Positions 9,167 through 20,247 are shown, numbered from the stretch's first letter. The stretch is DNA of 38,578 nt from Trichomonas gallinae (GCA_008369845.1 MRSU01006937.1:1-38578); one strand, 5' to 3'. Translations and numbers: made by a program. Notes: a model not told the origin generated them from the letters alone.

Positions 9167-12100
9167 TTACACTTCATCAACTATGTTACTATTGAATGGA
9201 TCTGCTTTATGATCCTTTTTTGGATCCTTGAAATCATCTTTGAATGGATCATCTTCCATGTGACCTGCTGTGCTTCTCCTCTTCTTGACTCTCTTCACTT
9301 TCTTCTTCGTAGGCTTTGGAGTGCTGTTGCCTAAGTAAAACTCATGTTCTTTCGCTTCTTCGAAATCATCTTTGAATGGATCATCTTGCATATCATGTCT
9401 TCCATAGAGTGGGTTATCGTTTGTCATTCCAGGCCATATGCTAGTCTGAATTGCAGTTTCTTGATCGAACTCTGGCTCTTCTTGAGGCTCCTTAGCCCAC
9501 TTTCTGTAGAAATACCAGACAACCATACCTGTTATTGCAGCTATGCACAATATAGTCATAATCAAGAAGAAAATGCCAACACCGGATAAACCACTTTTAC
9601 CTTTTTGTTTTTCTTCAGGACCTAAAAGTAAATTAGGATCACATTCATCTTCTGCCTTTAATGAATTAGGGGTTGTTGTGTTACAGTTTTGTATCTTTGG
9701 ATTAAGTCCGAAGAGTGAATTCCAGACATAGTCAACACCAGCATAAGCATGTCTTAAGTATTTGTTTTTGATTGAAGAAAACTTCGATGTTCCATTATAG
9801 CAAACGTTGTAAAGGAATGGAAGGTTTCCAAAAGCATTCTCTTGCACTTGTGCAACAGATTTAGGAATAATAACTGATGTAACACCAGGATCAGCTGCAC
9901 CGAAGAATTGGTGGAAAACAACTTCAGGAGATATTGAGTTTGGTAAGATTTCAGTGACATCACTTGGTACAATGAATATAGACTGCAGTGGACCGAATGT
10001 TGTAACAAGTTTTCCTGAAGATTTCTCGATCAAACAGTTGTCGACAATAGTGAAGTGAGAATTCTTTGATTCGAGCTTAAGATTTGCTTTAAAGTTATAT
10101 TTCAATGCATCACTTGCATATTCAACAATGCCATCAGGAATTGTTAAGCTAGTAATGGATGTGTTTGCAGCGAATAAGCTTGTTATCTTTGTCAAACCTT
10201 TTCCGATTGTGATCGAACTAAGATTGATGCAATCAAGGAAGACTGCTGTTCCAACTTTAGTCACTGTATCAGGAATGGCAAAAGATTTTATGCCTGATTT
10301 TTCAAATGAACTTGTTCCAAGCTCTTTGATGTCGTTCTTGAAGCTGATTGTTTCTAATTTAGGACAATTTCTAAAGGCAAAGTCTCCTATTAATGTTGCT
10401 GTGCCTGTGATTTTCATTAAATTCGTGCAGTTTTCGAACATGGACGTTCCAGCTGGATAATCCTTCTTGAAGATGATCTCTTCTAATGAAAAAGCATTAT
10501 TGAATGCATGTGATGATGTTTCGTTGAGTTCACTTTCAATTGTAATCTTCTTCAAGTGTTGAACACCAGAAAATGCGTACGGAGCTATAGACTTAATTGA
10601 CGCTGGAAGTGTTAGTTCAGTAATTTTAGCTGCCGGCATAAAAGCAATAAGTTTATCTCCAGTATATGATGTCAGCATTGAGTTGCTGAATTTCATGTAT
10701 GGAGATTGAACATCGATCTCTTCTAAATTAGGACAGTTGTAGAACACAGCCATGGAGAACACAAAACCCTCAAGTAAAACTATCTTTTTCAGGTTGTAGC
10801 AGTTTGATATTGCATTGCGACCTGGCCTTGAAGGTGGTGTTGGAGTTGTATATTCTGGAATCAAAGGATCAACCATTTCTACAGAATCATAAAATGTGAT
10901 TTCCGTTAGTTTTGTATTATCGAAAGCATAACTTCCTATCTGAAATACATACATCAAATTGATTCCTTCAGAAAGGTCACAATTCTGGAATGCATATGGT
11001 GCGATATATTCAATACTATCATGCAATTGCACACTGCGAAGGTTATAACAATTTCCAAATGCTCTTGTTCCGATACGGGCTGGGTTCCTAACATTAGTTC
11101 CATTTGGATACTGTGCCTCATTATCCATGTCATGATAATAATATGGAGATTCATACTCTGGAAAATAGTGTTGATAGTCCATATTAATTTTAAGAGTCTG
11201 CATATTATGGCAATCAAAGAAGCACATGAAAGGAACAGCAAGTAACTGCGAATTACCTGTATTTTTGATATGCAATTCTACACGATTAATATTAATGCAT
11301 CCTCTAAAAGCGCTATGGCCTAAAGTGTAACCTGTATCGCAGCTTCCAAGAATTAATTCACCAGCCAATGAAATGCAGTCGTGGAATGCAAATTCTGCTA
11401 TATAATTTTTCTTGTTTGCTACCATAAAGTCATAATATTCGTAACGACTTATATATTCACTATCATATGTTTCTAGTGGGAATTTGAAGTTCTTCAAAGA
11501 CCTACAGCGAGAGAACGCGTATGGTCCTATGTATATCTTGAGTCTTATAATTCCATCAAACTTGACTTGGACGAGATTAAAGCAATCTTCAAAACAGCTT
11601 TCGCCGATATAATTTGGTTCACCAAATACACGAATGAAACGAATATTGTCTGTACTTTCATAATGTCTTATATAGAAGTCATTTTCGAAGCTGACGAGTT
11701 TAAGGTTATAACACTTTTCAAACATTCTTGAAGGTAAACGTGTCATTGTGTAAGGTAAAATAGCCGTTTCCAGTGAATAGCATCCTCTAAACAACTGACC
11801 TGTTTGTTGTCCTGGCTCTACTTGTATTGTAACATTGACATATGGTGGAATTCTGATCGTTTTGAGGTTAAAACAGCCCATGAATGTTCTGTATTCAAGG
11901 ACTAAAAGTGGATCACCGTTAAATCCAGATAATTCATGTCTATTTTCAAATGTGACGTTTGAAATTTGAGAAAACATAAAAGTACCAATTAACTTGCCTA
12001 TAACTGAATATTGTACTACAAATGATTGAATAGATGTATTTGCAAAACAGTATGGGCCAAGTTTAGTAAGTAATGTGTTTGGGCTTATTTTCAATTCTTT

Positions 12101-12670
12101 CAGTGAGATGCAATTTCTAAAGGCATCCTCGCCTATTTCTGTAATATGGTCGGAAATTGTAAAGCTTTCAATGGAAATGCAGTCCGTTAAAAATCCCTTT
12201 GGAATTGCTGTGATTTCTGGAGAAAATTGCCCTTGCAAAGATTTAAGATTGGTACATTCTGCAAAAGTATTAGTTGGAACAGTCTTAAACTTTGAAATAT
12301 CGAAAGATTCCAACCCACATTGGATAAATCCTTCAGATTCGATTTCAATTGGACCTGTATTGAAAGTAATCTTCTTTAAGCGTCTTAGCCAGGCTAAACT
12401 TGTAAATGAAAGCACGCGATTTTTATCGGCACAATTAAATTCGAGTTCTGTTACTAGCTCATAACCTTTAAACTGCAATCCATTATCAGTGCTTCCATCA
12501 ATATTTACAATCATCTTTGTTATCTTGTTGTTTGCAATTAATTTATAAGTTTCCCATGTGAAATCTTCAGATGCCTTAACTGTTATGGTATTTCCGGACA
12601 CTTGTGGTGCAGATGATAATGAAATGGACTTGCTAAGCAAGCCAGAGAACATGAAATATCGGGAAATCAT
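9167..12670 (-). CDS. BspA-like (TpLRR/LRR_5) type I membrane surface protein with long cytoplasmic tail
   Basis: Many IGxxAFxxCxxL repeats and a TM segment GIFFLIMTILCIAAITGMVVWYFY. The tail has NPLY and DDPFKDDF. The ORF is open from 12736, but the start is more plausibly 12670 or 12652 (hydrophobic leader); the start is uncertain. Confidence 0.93.
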   Translation of the reverse strand: MISRYFMFSGLLSKSISLSSAPQVSGNTITVKASEDFTWETYKLIANNKITKMIVNIDGSTDNGLQFKGYELVTELEFNCADKNRVLSFTSLAWLRRLKKITFNTGPIEIESEGFIQCGLESFDISKFKTVPTNTFAECTNLKSLQGQFSPEITAIPKGFLTDCISIESFTISDHITEIGEDAFRNCISLKELKISPNTLLTKLGPYCFANTSIQSFVVQYSVIGKLIGTFMFSQISNVTFENRHELSGFNGDPLLVLEYRTFMGCFNLKTIRIPPYVNVTIQVEPGQQTGQLFRGCYSLETAILPYTMTRLPSRMFEKCYNLKLVSFENDFYIRHYESTDNIRFIRVFGEPNYIGESCFEDCFNLVQVKFDGIIRLKIYIGPYAFSRCRSLKNFKFPLETYDSEYISRYEYYDFMVANKKNYIAEFAFHDCISLAGELILGSCDTGYTLGHSAFRGCININRVELHIKNTGNSQLLAVPFMCFFDCHNMQTLKINMDYQHYFPEYESPYYYHDMDNEAQYPNGTNVRNPARIGTRAFGNCYNLRSVQLHDSIEYIAPYAFQNCDLSEGINLMYVFQIGSYAFDNTKLTEITFYDSVEMVDPLIPEYTTPTPPSRPGRNAISNCYNLKKIVLLEGFVFSMAVFYNCPNLEEIDVQSPYMKFSNSMLTSYTGDKLIAFMPAAKITELTLPASIKSIAPYAFSGVQHLKKITIESELNETSSHAFNNAFSLEEIIFKKDYPAGTSMFENCTNLMKITGTATLIGDFAFRNCPKLETISFKNDIKELGTSSFEKSGIKSFAIPDTVTKVGTAVFLDCINLSSITIGKGLTKITSLFAANTSITSLTIPDGIVEYASDALKYNFKANLKLESKNSHFTIVDNCLIEKSSGKLVTTFGPLQSIFIVPSDVTEILPNSISPEVVFHQFFGAADPGVTSVIIPKSVAQVQENAFGNLPFLYNVCYNGTSKFSSIKNKYLRHAYAGVDYVWNSLFGLNPKIQNCNTTTPNSLKAEDECDPNLLLGPEEKQKGKSGLSGVGIFFLIMTILCIAAITGMVVWYFYRKWAKEPQEEPEFDQETAIQTSIWPGMTNDNPLYGRHDMQDDPFKDDFEEAKEHEFYLGNSTPKPTKKKVKRVKKRRSTAGHMEDDPFKDDFKDPKKDHKADPFNSNIVDEV
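9230..9387 (-). repeat. 26-bp exact duplication encoding DDPFKDDF in the BspA tail
   Basis: GAAATCATCTTTGAATGGATCATCTT at 9230-9255 and 9362-9387, with a partial third copy near 9192-9202 (DPF). Confidence 0.9.
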
Positions 12671-13065
12671 ATTTTTGATAAATTGAATGTTAAAGAAATC
12701 ATAAAAAGTTATAATACTATATTGTTGTAATATCATGGTATTTCTCAGAACAAAATTAAGGCGAGCATTGAAAAAAATAGACTGTGAAAATTGATTTTAA
12801 ATGCTGAATATAATGAGAATAATGTTTCGATGAGGAATTTCTCGGAAATGATGTATTGAATTTTTCTGAAATTCACATCATGTTTATATCGGCAAGTTAA
12901 TTATCTTATCGGTAAGAAAAATAGGTGCAAAACAGTTGCACATGACACACCACAACCATGGAGTAAAATCATCGAGTAGCCAATTAAGAATTTTATGAGT
13001 TGCTCATGCTGTATATTGTTTAAATATTGCAAAATTAGATAATGATGGTAAATTCAATTGATTTC

Positions 13066-13109
13066 TCAAAAAAATTGAGAATTATTCCATTCAATTCTCA
13101 ATTTTTTGA
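13066..13109. repeat. Inverted repeat in the BspA/BspA divergent intergenic region
   Basis: TCAAAAAAATTGAGAATT (13066-13083), 9-nt spacer, AATTCTCAATTTTTTGA (13093-13109). The arms differ by one A. Confidence 0.7.
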
Positions 13110-13334
13110 ATTATTTTCTCAATATTTGAGACTTCTCAAAAATGATGGTTGGGATTGTTACTCATCGATAATTTAACTTATAAATCCAATGCCCAGCAGA
13201 TTTTTGGTCATGAACTGTCAAAATAAGTTTGATTTAAAATTTTCAGAAAAAATATATGATATGAAGAAATATATTATAAGCATATATATTTATCTTTTCA
13301 TATATTTTTGATTGATTTTCACGCATTTCGATTA

Positions 13335-15461
13335 ATGTTGTCATCACAGATTGCTTTTTCATCTCTTCTTTCGAAGGCGCCAATACTGGAATCATACATA
13401 TATATTAGTGATGGTGAAGCTACTATTAATGATTTTAAAGATTTCTACAACTTACAATTGAAAACTCAATCAGAGCTTTTATCAATCACCAGGTTGAGAC
13501 TTGTTGAATACTTATCACGAACATCCAGCGTTTCATATCTTAAAAATCTAAAATCAGTTGATTTTAGTGGACTTTACACATATTGCAGTCTCAATAATTA
13601 TGATTTTTCAGGTTTGCTTGAACTGGAAGAAGTCAATTTATATACAACATATATTCGTAATATTCCAAAAGGTTGTTTCATGAATTGTTACAAATTAAAG
13701 ACTATCAATTTTTACTATCAAATGTATGAAATAGGCGAGTGGGCATTTGCAAATACAGCCCTAACTGGCTCATTAACTCTTCAAGTTGAACGAAATATTT
13801 TATCTTATGCGTTTTATAATACCTCGATTACTGCATTAGAACTAATAATAGGCTTCTACGATCCTGATTCAGATAATTATGGCTTCTCCTCTGTTTATGA
13901 TTCAGAAGCCCCAAGATTCCAATTTGCTAATAATCCAAAGCTCACTTCCGTTAAATTAACTACTGGCAACAAATTTGATTTCAGTATGTTCATCAATTGC
14001 ACCAGTATAACCACTATGGAAGTCACATTTCCAAAAGTGAATATTGAAAATAATGTGGTTTACTTCGACGGACATAAAACTCTTGTGGGATGCCTACCAA
14101 TGTTCAAAGAGACATCTTTCACTGTTCTTCCTGAAACCATGCAGATTATTCCGTATGCATTTAGTTTAGCTCCAAATCTTGAATCAGTTAAGCTGTCTCA
14201 TGTCATCTATTCTACCCATTACATGCTTGCTGAAGCCAAAAAATTGAAATCATTTATTTGGGAAATGAAAGAGACAGAACCAGTTAATGTAAATCCGTTA
14301 TTTGAAATTGCCCTTTATGAAGGAATGATGTGCAACTGCACCCAATTATCAGAAGTTCAGATTTCTGTTCCATATAATTTTATTGGTGCTTCTTGCTTCG
14401 AAAACTGCGATAAACTTAAGCTAACAATAGCACCAACATGTCATTTAATAGGAGACAAAGCTTTCATGAATGGGCCGATATTGCAAGATATCGATATATC
14501 TCAAATCGACTCTATTGGCAGTTATTCGTTCATGCACTCAAAATTACAGCGTGTCACGTTCTCTTCAAGACTCACTTACATAGGAAATTTCGCATTTGCG
14601 GACACCAACTTAGAAGAAGTTGAAATTCCTGATTCGGTAACCATCATTGGTGATGGAGCTTTCGAAAATTGCACAAAACTCTCGAAAGTTAAACTCAGCA
14701 AGAAATTAGTTTCTATTAGCAGCAGATTATTCATGAATACAGCAATAACTACCATAGAGATTCCAAAATCAGTAACAAACGTTTGGAAAAACTTTTTCCC
14801 AAGAGAGAAAGATTTCAATATCACCTTTGAAGGAGGCTCACATCCACTTTTCTCTATAGATGGCAATGCATTCATTCTTACAGCTGCAAAGAAACTGCTT
14901 TTCACGTTTGGAAATCTACCAGAAATTTATTCGATACCAAATGGAATCATTTCTATTGAAAGCAACGCAATTTATGGACCAGCTATCTACGATGCAGAGA
15001 GAATCTACCCTAGAAAGCTAAGAGCTGCAGTTATTAAAATCCCAGAATCTGTTAAGGACATAAATTCCAATGCTTTCGGTGATGTTGACTTCCTTTTCAC
15101 AGTATGCTACAATGGCACAACTCCACAGTACCAAAATGTTAAATATAACGAAACATTTTTGCAAATGGGCGTAGAAATGCCTAAAACGCAGGCCAAGTTC
15201 AATATTTATGTAAATGAAAGGTATCCAGGCAAAGAAGCATTCTTATCAGCGCCAAATGTTGGTTTATGTGATGAATCACTTCCACAAATTTCTCATTGCG
15301 GCGTAGGCTTAGGATTATCTACTGAAGGAGAACATGATAAGGATAAATCAGGCTTGAGTGGAGCTGATATTGCTTTCATTGTTATTGGTGTTCTTTTAAT
15401 GTGTACTGTTGCGGGATTGCTATGCCTATACTTCTTCTACTTAAAGGATAAGATGGATTAA
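13335..15461 (+). CDS. BspA-like (TpLRR/LRR_5) membrane surface protein with very short cytoplasmic tail
   Basis: TpLRR repeats (e.g. LEEVEIPDSVTIIGDGAFENCTKLSKV) and a C-terminal TM IAFIVIGVLLMCTVAGLLCLYFFY followed only by LKDKMD. The track start at 13308 is TTG; the ATG is at 13335. Confidence 0.93.
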   Translation: MLSSQIAFSSLLSKAPILESYIYISDGEATINDFKDFYNLQLKTQSELLSITRLRLVEYLSRTSSVSYLKNLKSVDFSGLYTYCSLNNYDFSGLLELEEVNLYTTYIRNIPKGCFMNCYKLKTINFYYQMYEIGEWAFANTALTGSLTLQVERNILSYAFYNTSITALELIIGFYDPDSDNYGFSSVYDSEAPRFQFANNPKLTSVKLTTGNKFDFSMFINCTSITTMEVTFPKVNIENNVVYFDGHKTLVGCLPMFKETSFTVLPETMQIIPYAFSLAPNLESVKLSHVIYSTHYMLAEAKKLKSFIWEMKETEPVNVNPLFEIALYEGMMCNCTQLSEVQISVPYNFIGASCFENCDKLKLTIAPTCHLIGDKAFMNGPILQDIDISQIDSIGSYSFMHSKLQRVTFSSRLTYIGNFAFADTNLEEVEIPDSVTIIGDGAFENCTKLSKVKLSKKLVSISSRLFMNTAITTIEIPKSVTNVWKNFFPREKDFNITFEGGSHPLFSIDGNAFILTAAKKLLFTFGNLPEIYSIPNGIISIESNAIYGPAIYDAERIYPRKLRAAVIKIPESVKDINSNAFGDVDFLFTVCYNGTTPQYQNVKYNETFLQMGVEMPKTQAKFNIYVNERYPGKEAFLSAPNVGLCDESLPQISHCGVGLGLSTEGEHDKDKSGLSGADIAFIVIGVLLMCTVAGLLCLYFFYLKDKMD

Positions 15462-15720
15462 ATACACTTTTATTGAATAAATTTATAGTTTTCATATTGA
15501 TATAATTAATTTTGATTTTAAGCTTAAATAAGTTATAATCTGACATTATATAGTTGGATAGAAGCTAATGATATATGTTATTAATCATCTTATCGATTAA
15601 AAAATTATGAAAATTTTTATTTTGATTTTTTCTAGGTGAATGCTGTAAAATATGATTGTATTGAAGCTAAATAACAAATATTTACCGAACATAACAAGTA
15701 ATAATGAATATAAATTAATT

Positions 15721-16824
15721 TTATCTTGGAAGTATTGTATTCATGCGTGTTTCGAAGTTTCTTGATCTCAATCTTTGTAATTCTTTCCTAAGAATCGCGT
15801 TACTAGATTTCATCTGCTGAATCTCTTCTCTTGCTTCTTCTATTTGAGAATCAATCTTAACATTATCGCGAACGATCGATGAAATCTTGTTCTCGTGTTT
15901 TTCTGAGATATCTTCATTTTCTTTGCATATCTCTTTAATCTTTTCTATTGCATCTTGAACAGATTCGATTTCTTCTTTAAGCGAATCTCGTTGATATTTG
16001 TGTTTTTGAGCGAGTTTTACTCTTAACTCTGATAACTGTCTTTCTCTGTCTTGTGCTGAAGCCAATTCATTGTTATATTTATCAATAAGCTGTTTTCCCA
16101 TTTCTTCTTCTTGTTTTATGAGTTCATCAGTCTCGTTTGTTTTGATTTCTAGCTTCTTACGCATTTTCTCGAGTTCTTTCTGGTTTTCCTCTGCTCTACA
16201 TTGATATTTATAATTTGTGTCACGAATTAGCTGTGTATTGTACAGAAGATTTTGCTGTATTGATGCATGTGCTTCATCTATTGTTGCTTTCATGATCTCA
16301 ACATTCGCGAGAAGCTCTGCATGCTTCTTTACGAGTTCCATGTTTTTTTCTCTAAGATTCATGCTGCTTTCAAGTGCAATTGACTGGTTCATTTGCTTAA
16401 TTGCATCGAGCTGCTGACGTAATTCGTGTAATTCAGCTTCTTTTTTTGCGTTTTTCAGTGCTTTTCTGTTATAATGGAAATTATTTAATGATTCTTGTGT
16501 TTCTTCTATTTTGATCTTGATTGACCTGACTTCTTCTTCATTCATTTCGTCTAATTCTTTCAATTCGTTGTCGTTTTCTTGTCTTAATTTGGATAATTGT
16601 GTATCTTTCTCTATTTGCTTTTTCTTAATTAAAAGTCTGATGTTATTCGTCTCACTGATGTATTTCGATTCCAATTTCAGTCTCTTTGCTTTTAATTTTT
16701 GAATTACATCTTCAATCGCGTCGATTTTTTGGTGTATAGCTTCCTCATCTTCTTCCTTGCCAAGCATGTTGTTTATATCAATTGCTTTGCGACTGTCTTT
16801 GCCCAAAGCAGAAGAAAGAGTCAT
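15721..16824 (-). CDS. Hypothetical coiled-coil protein
   Basis: 367-aa E/K/Q/L-rich ORF, almost Pro-free, with heptad periodicity. Confidence 0.88.
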   Translation of the reverse strand: MTLSSALGKDSRKAIDINNMLGKEEDEEAIHQKIDAIEDVIQKLKAKRLKLESKYISETNNIRLLIKKKQIEKDTQLSKLRQENDNELKELDEMNEEEVRSIKIKIEETQESLNNFHYNRKALKNAKKEAELHELRQQLDAIKQMNQSIALESSMNLREKNMELVKKHAELLANVEIMKATIDEAHASIQQNLLYNTQLIRDTNYKYQCRAEENQKELEKMRKKLEIKTNETDELIKQEEEMGKQLIDKYNNELASAQDRERQLSELRVKLAQKHKYQRDSLKEEIESVQDAIEKIKEICKENEDISEKHENKISSIVRDNVKIDSQIEEAREEIQQMKSSNAILRKELQRLRSRNFETRMNTILPR

Positions 16825-18303
16825 TCTAATGTACGTTTAAAATTACAAAAATTCTTAAATTTGCTTAAAAACAATGCAAATAACATCTATCTGCTATATT
16901 AAATTTGCATTTAAAAGATTATGCTTCGTTTTCAGTAATATATTGAAATTAAAAATTTTTCATGTGAATTGACTATATTTCGATACATAATTACAATCTC
17001 ATAGCCCTATCTTACATATATTTATGTTGATAATGCATAATTTTAACAAATCGATTTTGAAATGAATAAAACCTCAAGGATAACTGTGGTAATGATTGAT
17101 AAATTTTTTATTTTATTGAGTAGAATGAAAATATAATGATTTAAACTATGATATTGTTATAATTTCCTTGTTGAATGATCGAATTAGCTATAAGAACAAT
17201 AAATATCTACTTTTAAGAGGTGGACATGATAAACTAGGCGATTAGAAGCATATTGCAAGTATACGCTCGTTGTTATCCTTACTAGTTAAATAATTTGATC
17301 GATGATCTGTTGTATTTATACGATTTTCAGTTAAAATCTCCTGCGAATATTATTATTAATGTCAAATGAAAGAACATTTGAAAGTTTACAACCATTTCTC
17401 TTTGCTTTTCACTGAAATTTTAAATGATCGATAATATTATCCTAAATTCTTCGTTTTTTAGGATGTTTTTATAGTAAATATCATGAATTTTAAGAAAAAG
17501 AACATTTGAATATTTTTGTTAATCTCGTTGTAATGAAAAAATTCGTTGGTTATGTTACTCATCAAACATATTGAAATATGAATGATATTACAGGCTTTTC
17601 ATCTTTTTATCAAATTCCTGACGATTTTGAATACAATGATGAAACTTTTACATTCGATGAAAATGCAAGGTTTATTATTGTTCGAAAAGGTGGTGCTTTT
17701 AATATAGGAATTGCCTTAAAATTATTTATTATCATTCAAAATTTAAATTCCTTTGAAATTAATAAAAAACCATTATTATTTATTTACAATCTACATATTG
17801 TTTCTAACAATATTTTTATTTTTCTAAAAAAATATTTTTATCTATTTATAATCTACATAACATATATAACAATATTTAAAATTTTAAATCACTTTTCAAT
17901 TGGACAATTGATAAAATTCAAAAACAAAATAATTTTTAAAAAATCATGAAATATTTAAATATTTCATAATTTATGTTTTAAATCATTTTGAATTTTAATC
18001 ATTTAAAATTAGAATATAAAAAATTATCAATAATATTCTTATTAGAATAGACCTTATTTCAAAAATTCAATCATCAGAAAGGGGTTTTTGAATAATGTTT
18101 TTGACCATTTAATGTAAATATTCATCTTATCTGTTTTTAATCTATATTTTATCATAAACATCAACTTTTATACGATCAAAACGTGACAACTAGAATCCTT
18201 GTGAATTTTTTCTCCATTTAAGACAATTGACTGTGAGCTACAATATCACTTAATCATTTCAAAAAATTCTTAATTGAATAAATAAAATTTCGCTTCAAAA
18301 ATC

Positions 18304-20247
18304 ATGGAGTGGAAGAATCAATGTGCTCGCTATTGCGCGTTCTTTCCTTACTATTTAATTGTTTGTATTATCTTCATAGCTGTGATATTTCCACTCAGAA
18401 CTTACACAACAGACTTAATTAAAGTGAATTCCGATTATCCAAAATTTAATTCAAGCGAAGACCCCACAATTGTTTTACATGTTACTGATATCCATATATC
18501 AGACTATTGGCCAGACTCAATTGTAAGGCTTAGAAGAGATCTGAATATTTCTGTAAATCAATTAAAGCCAACATTCACGTTATTGAGCGGAGATTTGGTT
18601 GACACATACTCATCTCATGATGTTCCAGCATATACAAATCAGCAGGAATCTCAATGGCAACAGTATAATGACACAATTTATGCAAGTCAGATAAAATTCG
18701 ATGAGCTCTTTGAGTTATTCGGAAATCATGATCTGTACGGTTTATATGAGTTCATTGACAATGTTTCGTTCCCATCTAAATACACAAGAATCGGAAAAGC
18801 TGTTTCTTATTCTAAGGAAAGAAACAATTTACGCATTGTTGCTTTCAATCCACAATCATATCCAAGTGGACACGGACCACTAAACTTCAACCCATCACTA
18901 TACAAACACATGGTTGACGCATTGGAAGATGAATTAGCCAAGCCAACAAACTGCAAATACACAATTGTCACTTGTCATTACACTCATGAATTATTAGTTC
19001 CAAAATTCGTCAAAAGTAAGAACGGACACACATTAGAAGAACTGCTCAAAATGCACAAACCGATAGCATTTATGAATGGTCACACACACCCAGCTAAGGC
19101 AGAAACAGTGCACTACGCAAATACTATGGAATTAACAGGAACAGCGACAAAAGAATTCGACGACATTTCAATTTTGTCAATAGACAATGGAAGAGTTCAT
19201 TACTATACTTTTGACCCAACAAAAGTCAGGGGACCATACGCAATGGTAACTAACCCAGCTCCCCAACAATATGCTGTATACAACTTCCCAGACACTGAGT
19301 TCCCAATAAGAATCGTTTCATTTGATCCATCGAAAAACAAAAGTTTCGCAGTTACTGGCGATTTCACTGGAAATTTAACATTCGAGCGTTATCTACCTAA
19401 CACAAATGATCAAGTCGCGCTATATTCAGTAAATGCTAAGTTTGAGAAAGGTATTCATACAATTAATGTTACAGGAGATTTGGAACAATCAATAACTTTC
19501 GCTGTTAATACAGAAAGTGGTCCATTCAAAGAATATCACACAGTCATGTACAGTCCTATGGCTGGCGTCATTGGATTCCCACTGATTTTCATTTTGTTCA
19601 CTGTTATTGTTGTTTTCATGTGGATTCCTCTTGGTGCTATCGATCCCTCAGCAGATTTCATTGTCGGAAAAGGAGAAGAAAGAAATTGGTGGCTCATTAT
19701 ATTGGCAGGACCAATCACTTATGGTAGATGCTTAGCAGGAATGGAAATATGGATCAAATTATTTATTACATTTTCTGTAATTTCTAATCTATTCATGCCA
19801 ATTTGTTTCTACAAACTTGAAGGAAGGGTGTCTGTTTTCTGGTTGTATGGATACATAACAAATGGAAGGCATGTCACTGATTACTTCTCAACGTTCGTCA
19901 TGACTTGGTGCTTCATCTGTTTCATTGCATGGATTGTTTTAGCTGGCTCTGTTTACATGACAATCAAAAATGCTGGATGGTCAAAGTGCTCCTGGTTCTT
20001 TTTGATTGATTTGTTTGCCACTGTGTTCCTTATGGGCATAGGATGGAAGTTCCTTATTTTGCATTATGTTAGAGATATTGGCTACAAGTTTGATTATGCT
20101 GCATCATTCCCTTATATTATTTATCCTGTCTTGGCGGTTTTGTTGTATTTGATTACAGCATTATTCTGGAAGAAGACAGATGCAAATGTTTCTGATCAAG
20201 AAAATGAAAAGAGTGAAGAAGATTCAGGAACAGGTGTTGACGTATAA
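18304..20247 (+). CDS. Membrane-bound calcineurin-like metallophosphoesterase (TMEM62-like architecture)
   Basis: Metal-binding motifs TDIH, GDLVD, GNHD, CHY and GHTH. There is an N-terminal TM anchor and about 5-6 C-terminal hydrophobic segments. Confidence 0.9.
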   Translation: MEWKNQCARYCAFFPYYLIVCIIFIAVIFPLRTYTTDLIKVNSDYPKFNSSEDPTIVLHVTDIHISDYWPDSIVRLRRDLNISVNQLKPTFTLLSGDLVDTYSSHDVPAYTNQQESQWQQYNDTIYASQIKFDELFELFGNHDLYGLYEFIDNVSFPSKYTRIGKAVSYSKERNNLRIVAFNPQSYPSGHGPLNFNPSLYKHMVDALEDELAKPTNCKYTIVTCHYTHELLVPKFVKSKNGHTLEELLKMHKPIAFMNGHTHPAKAETVHYANTMELTGTATKEFDDISILSIDNGRVHYYTFDPTKVRGPYAMVTNPAPQQYAVYNFPDTEFPIRIVSFDPSKNKSFAVTGDFTGNLTFERYLPNTNDQVALYSVNAKFEKGIHTINVTGDLEQSITFAVNTESGPFKEYHTVMYSPMAGVIGFPLIFILFTVIVVFMWIPLGAIDPSADFIVGKGEERNWWLIILAGPITYGRCLAGMEIWIKLFITFSVISNLFMPICFYKLEGRVSVFWLYGYITNGRHVTDYFSTFVMTWCFICFIAWIVLAGSVYMTIKNAGWSKCSWFFLIDLFATVFLMGIGWKFLILHYVRDIGYKFDYAASFPYIIYPVLAVLLYLITALFWKKTDANVSDQENEKSEEDSGTGVDV

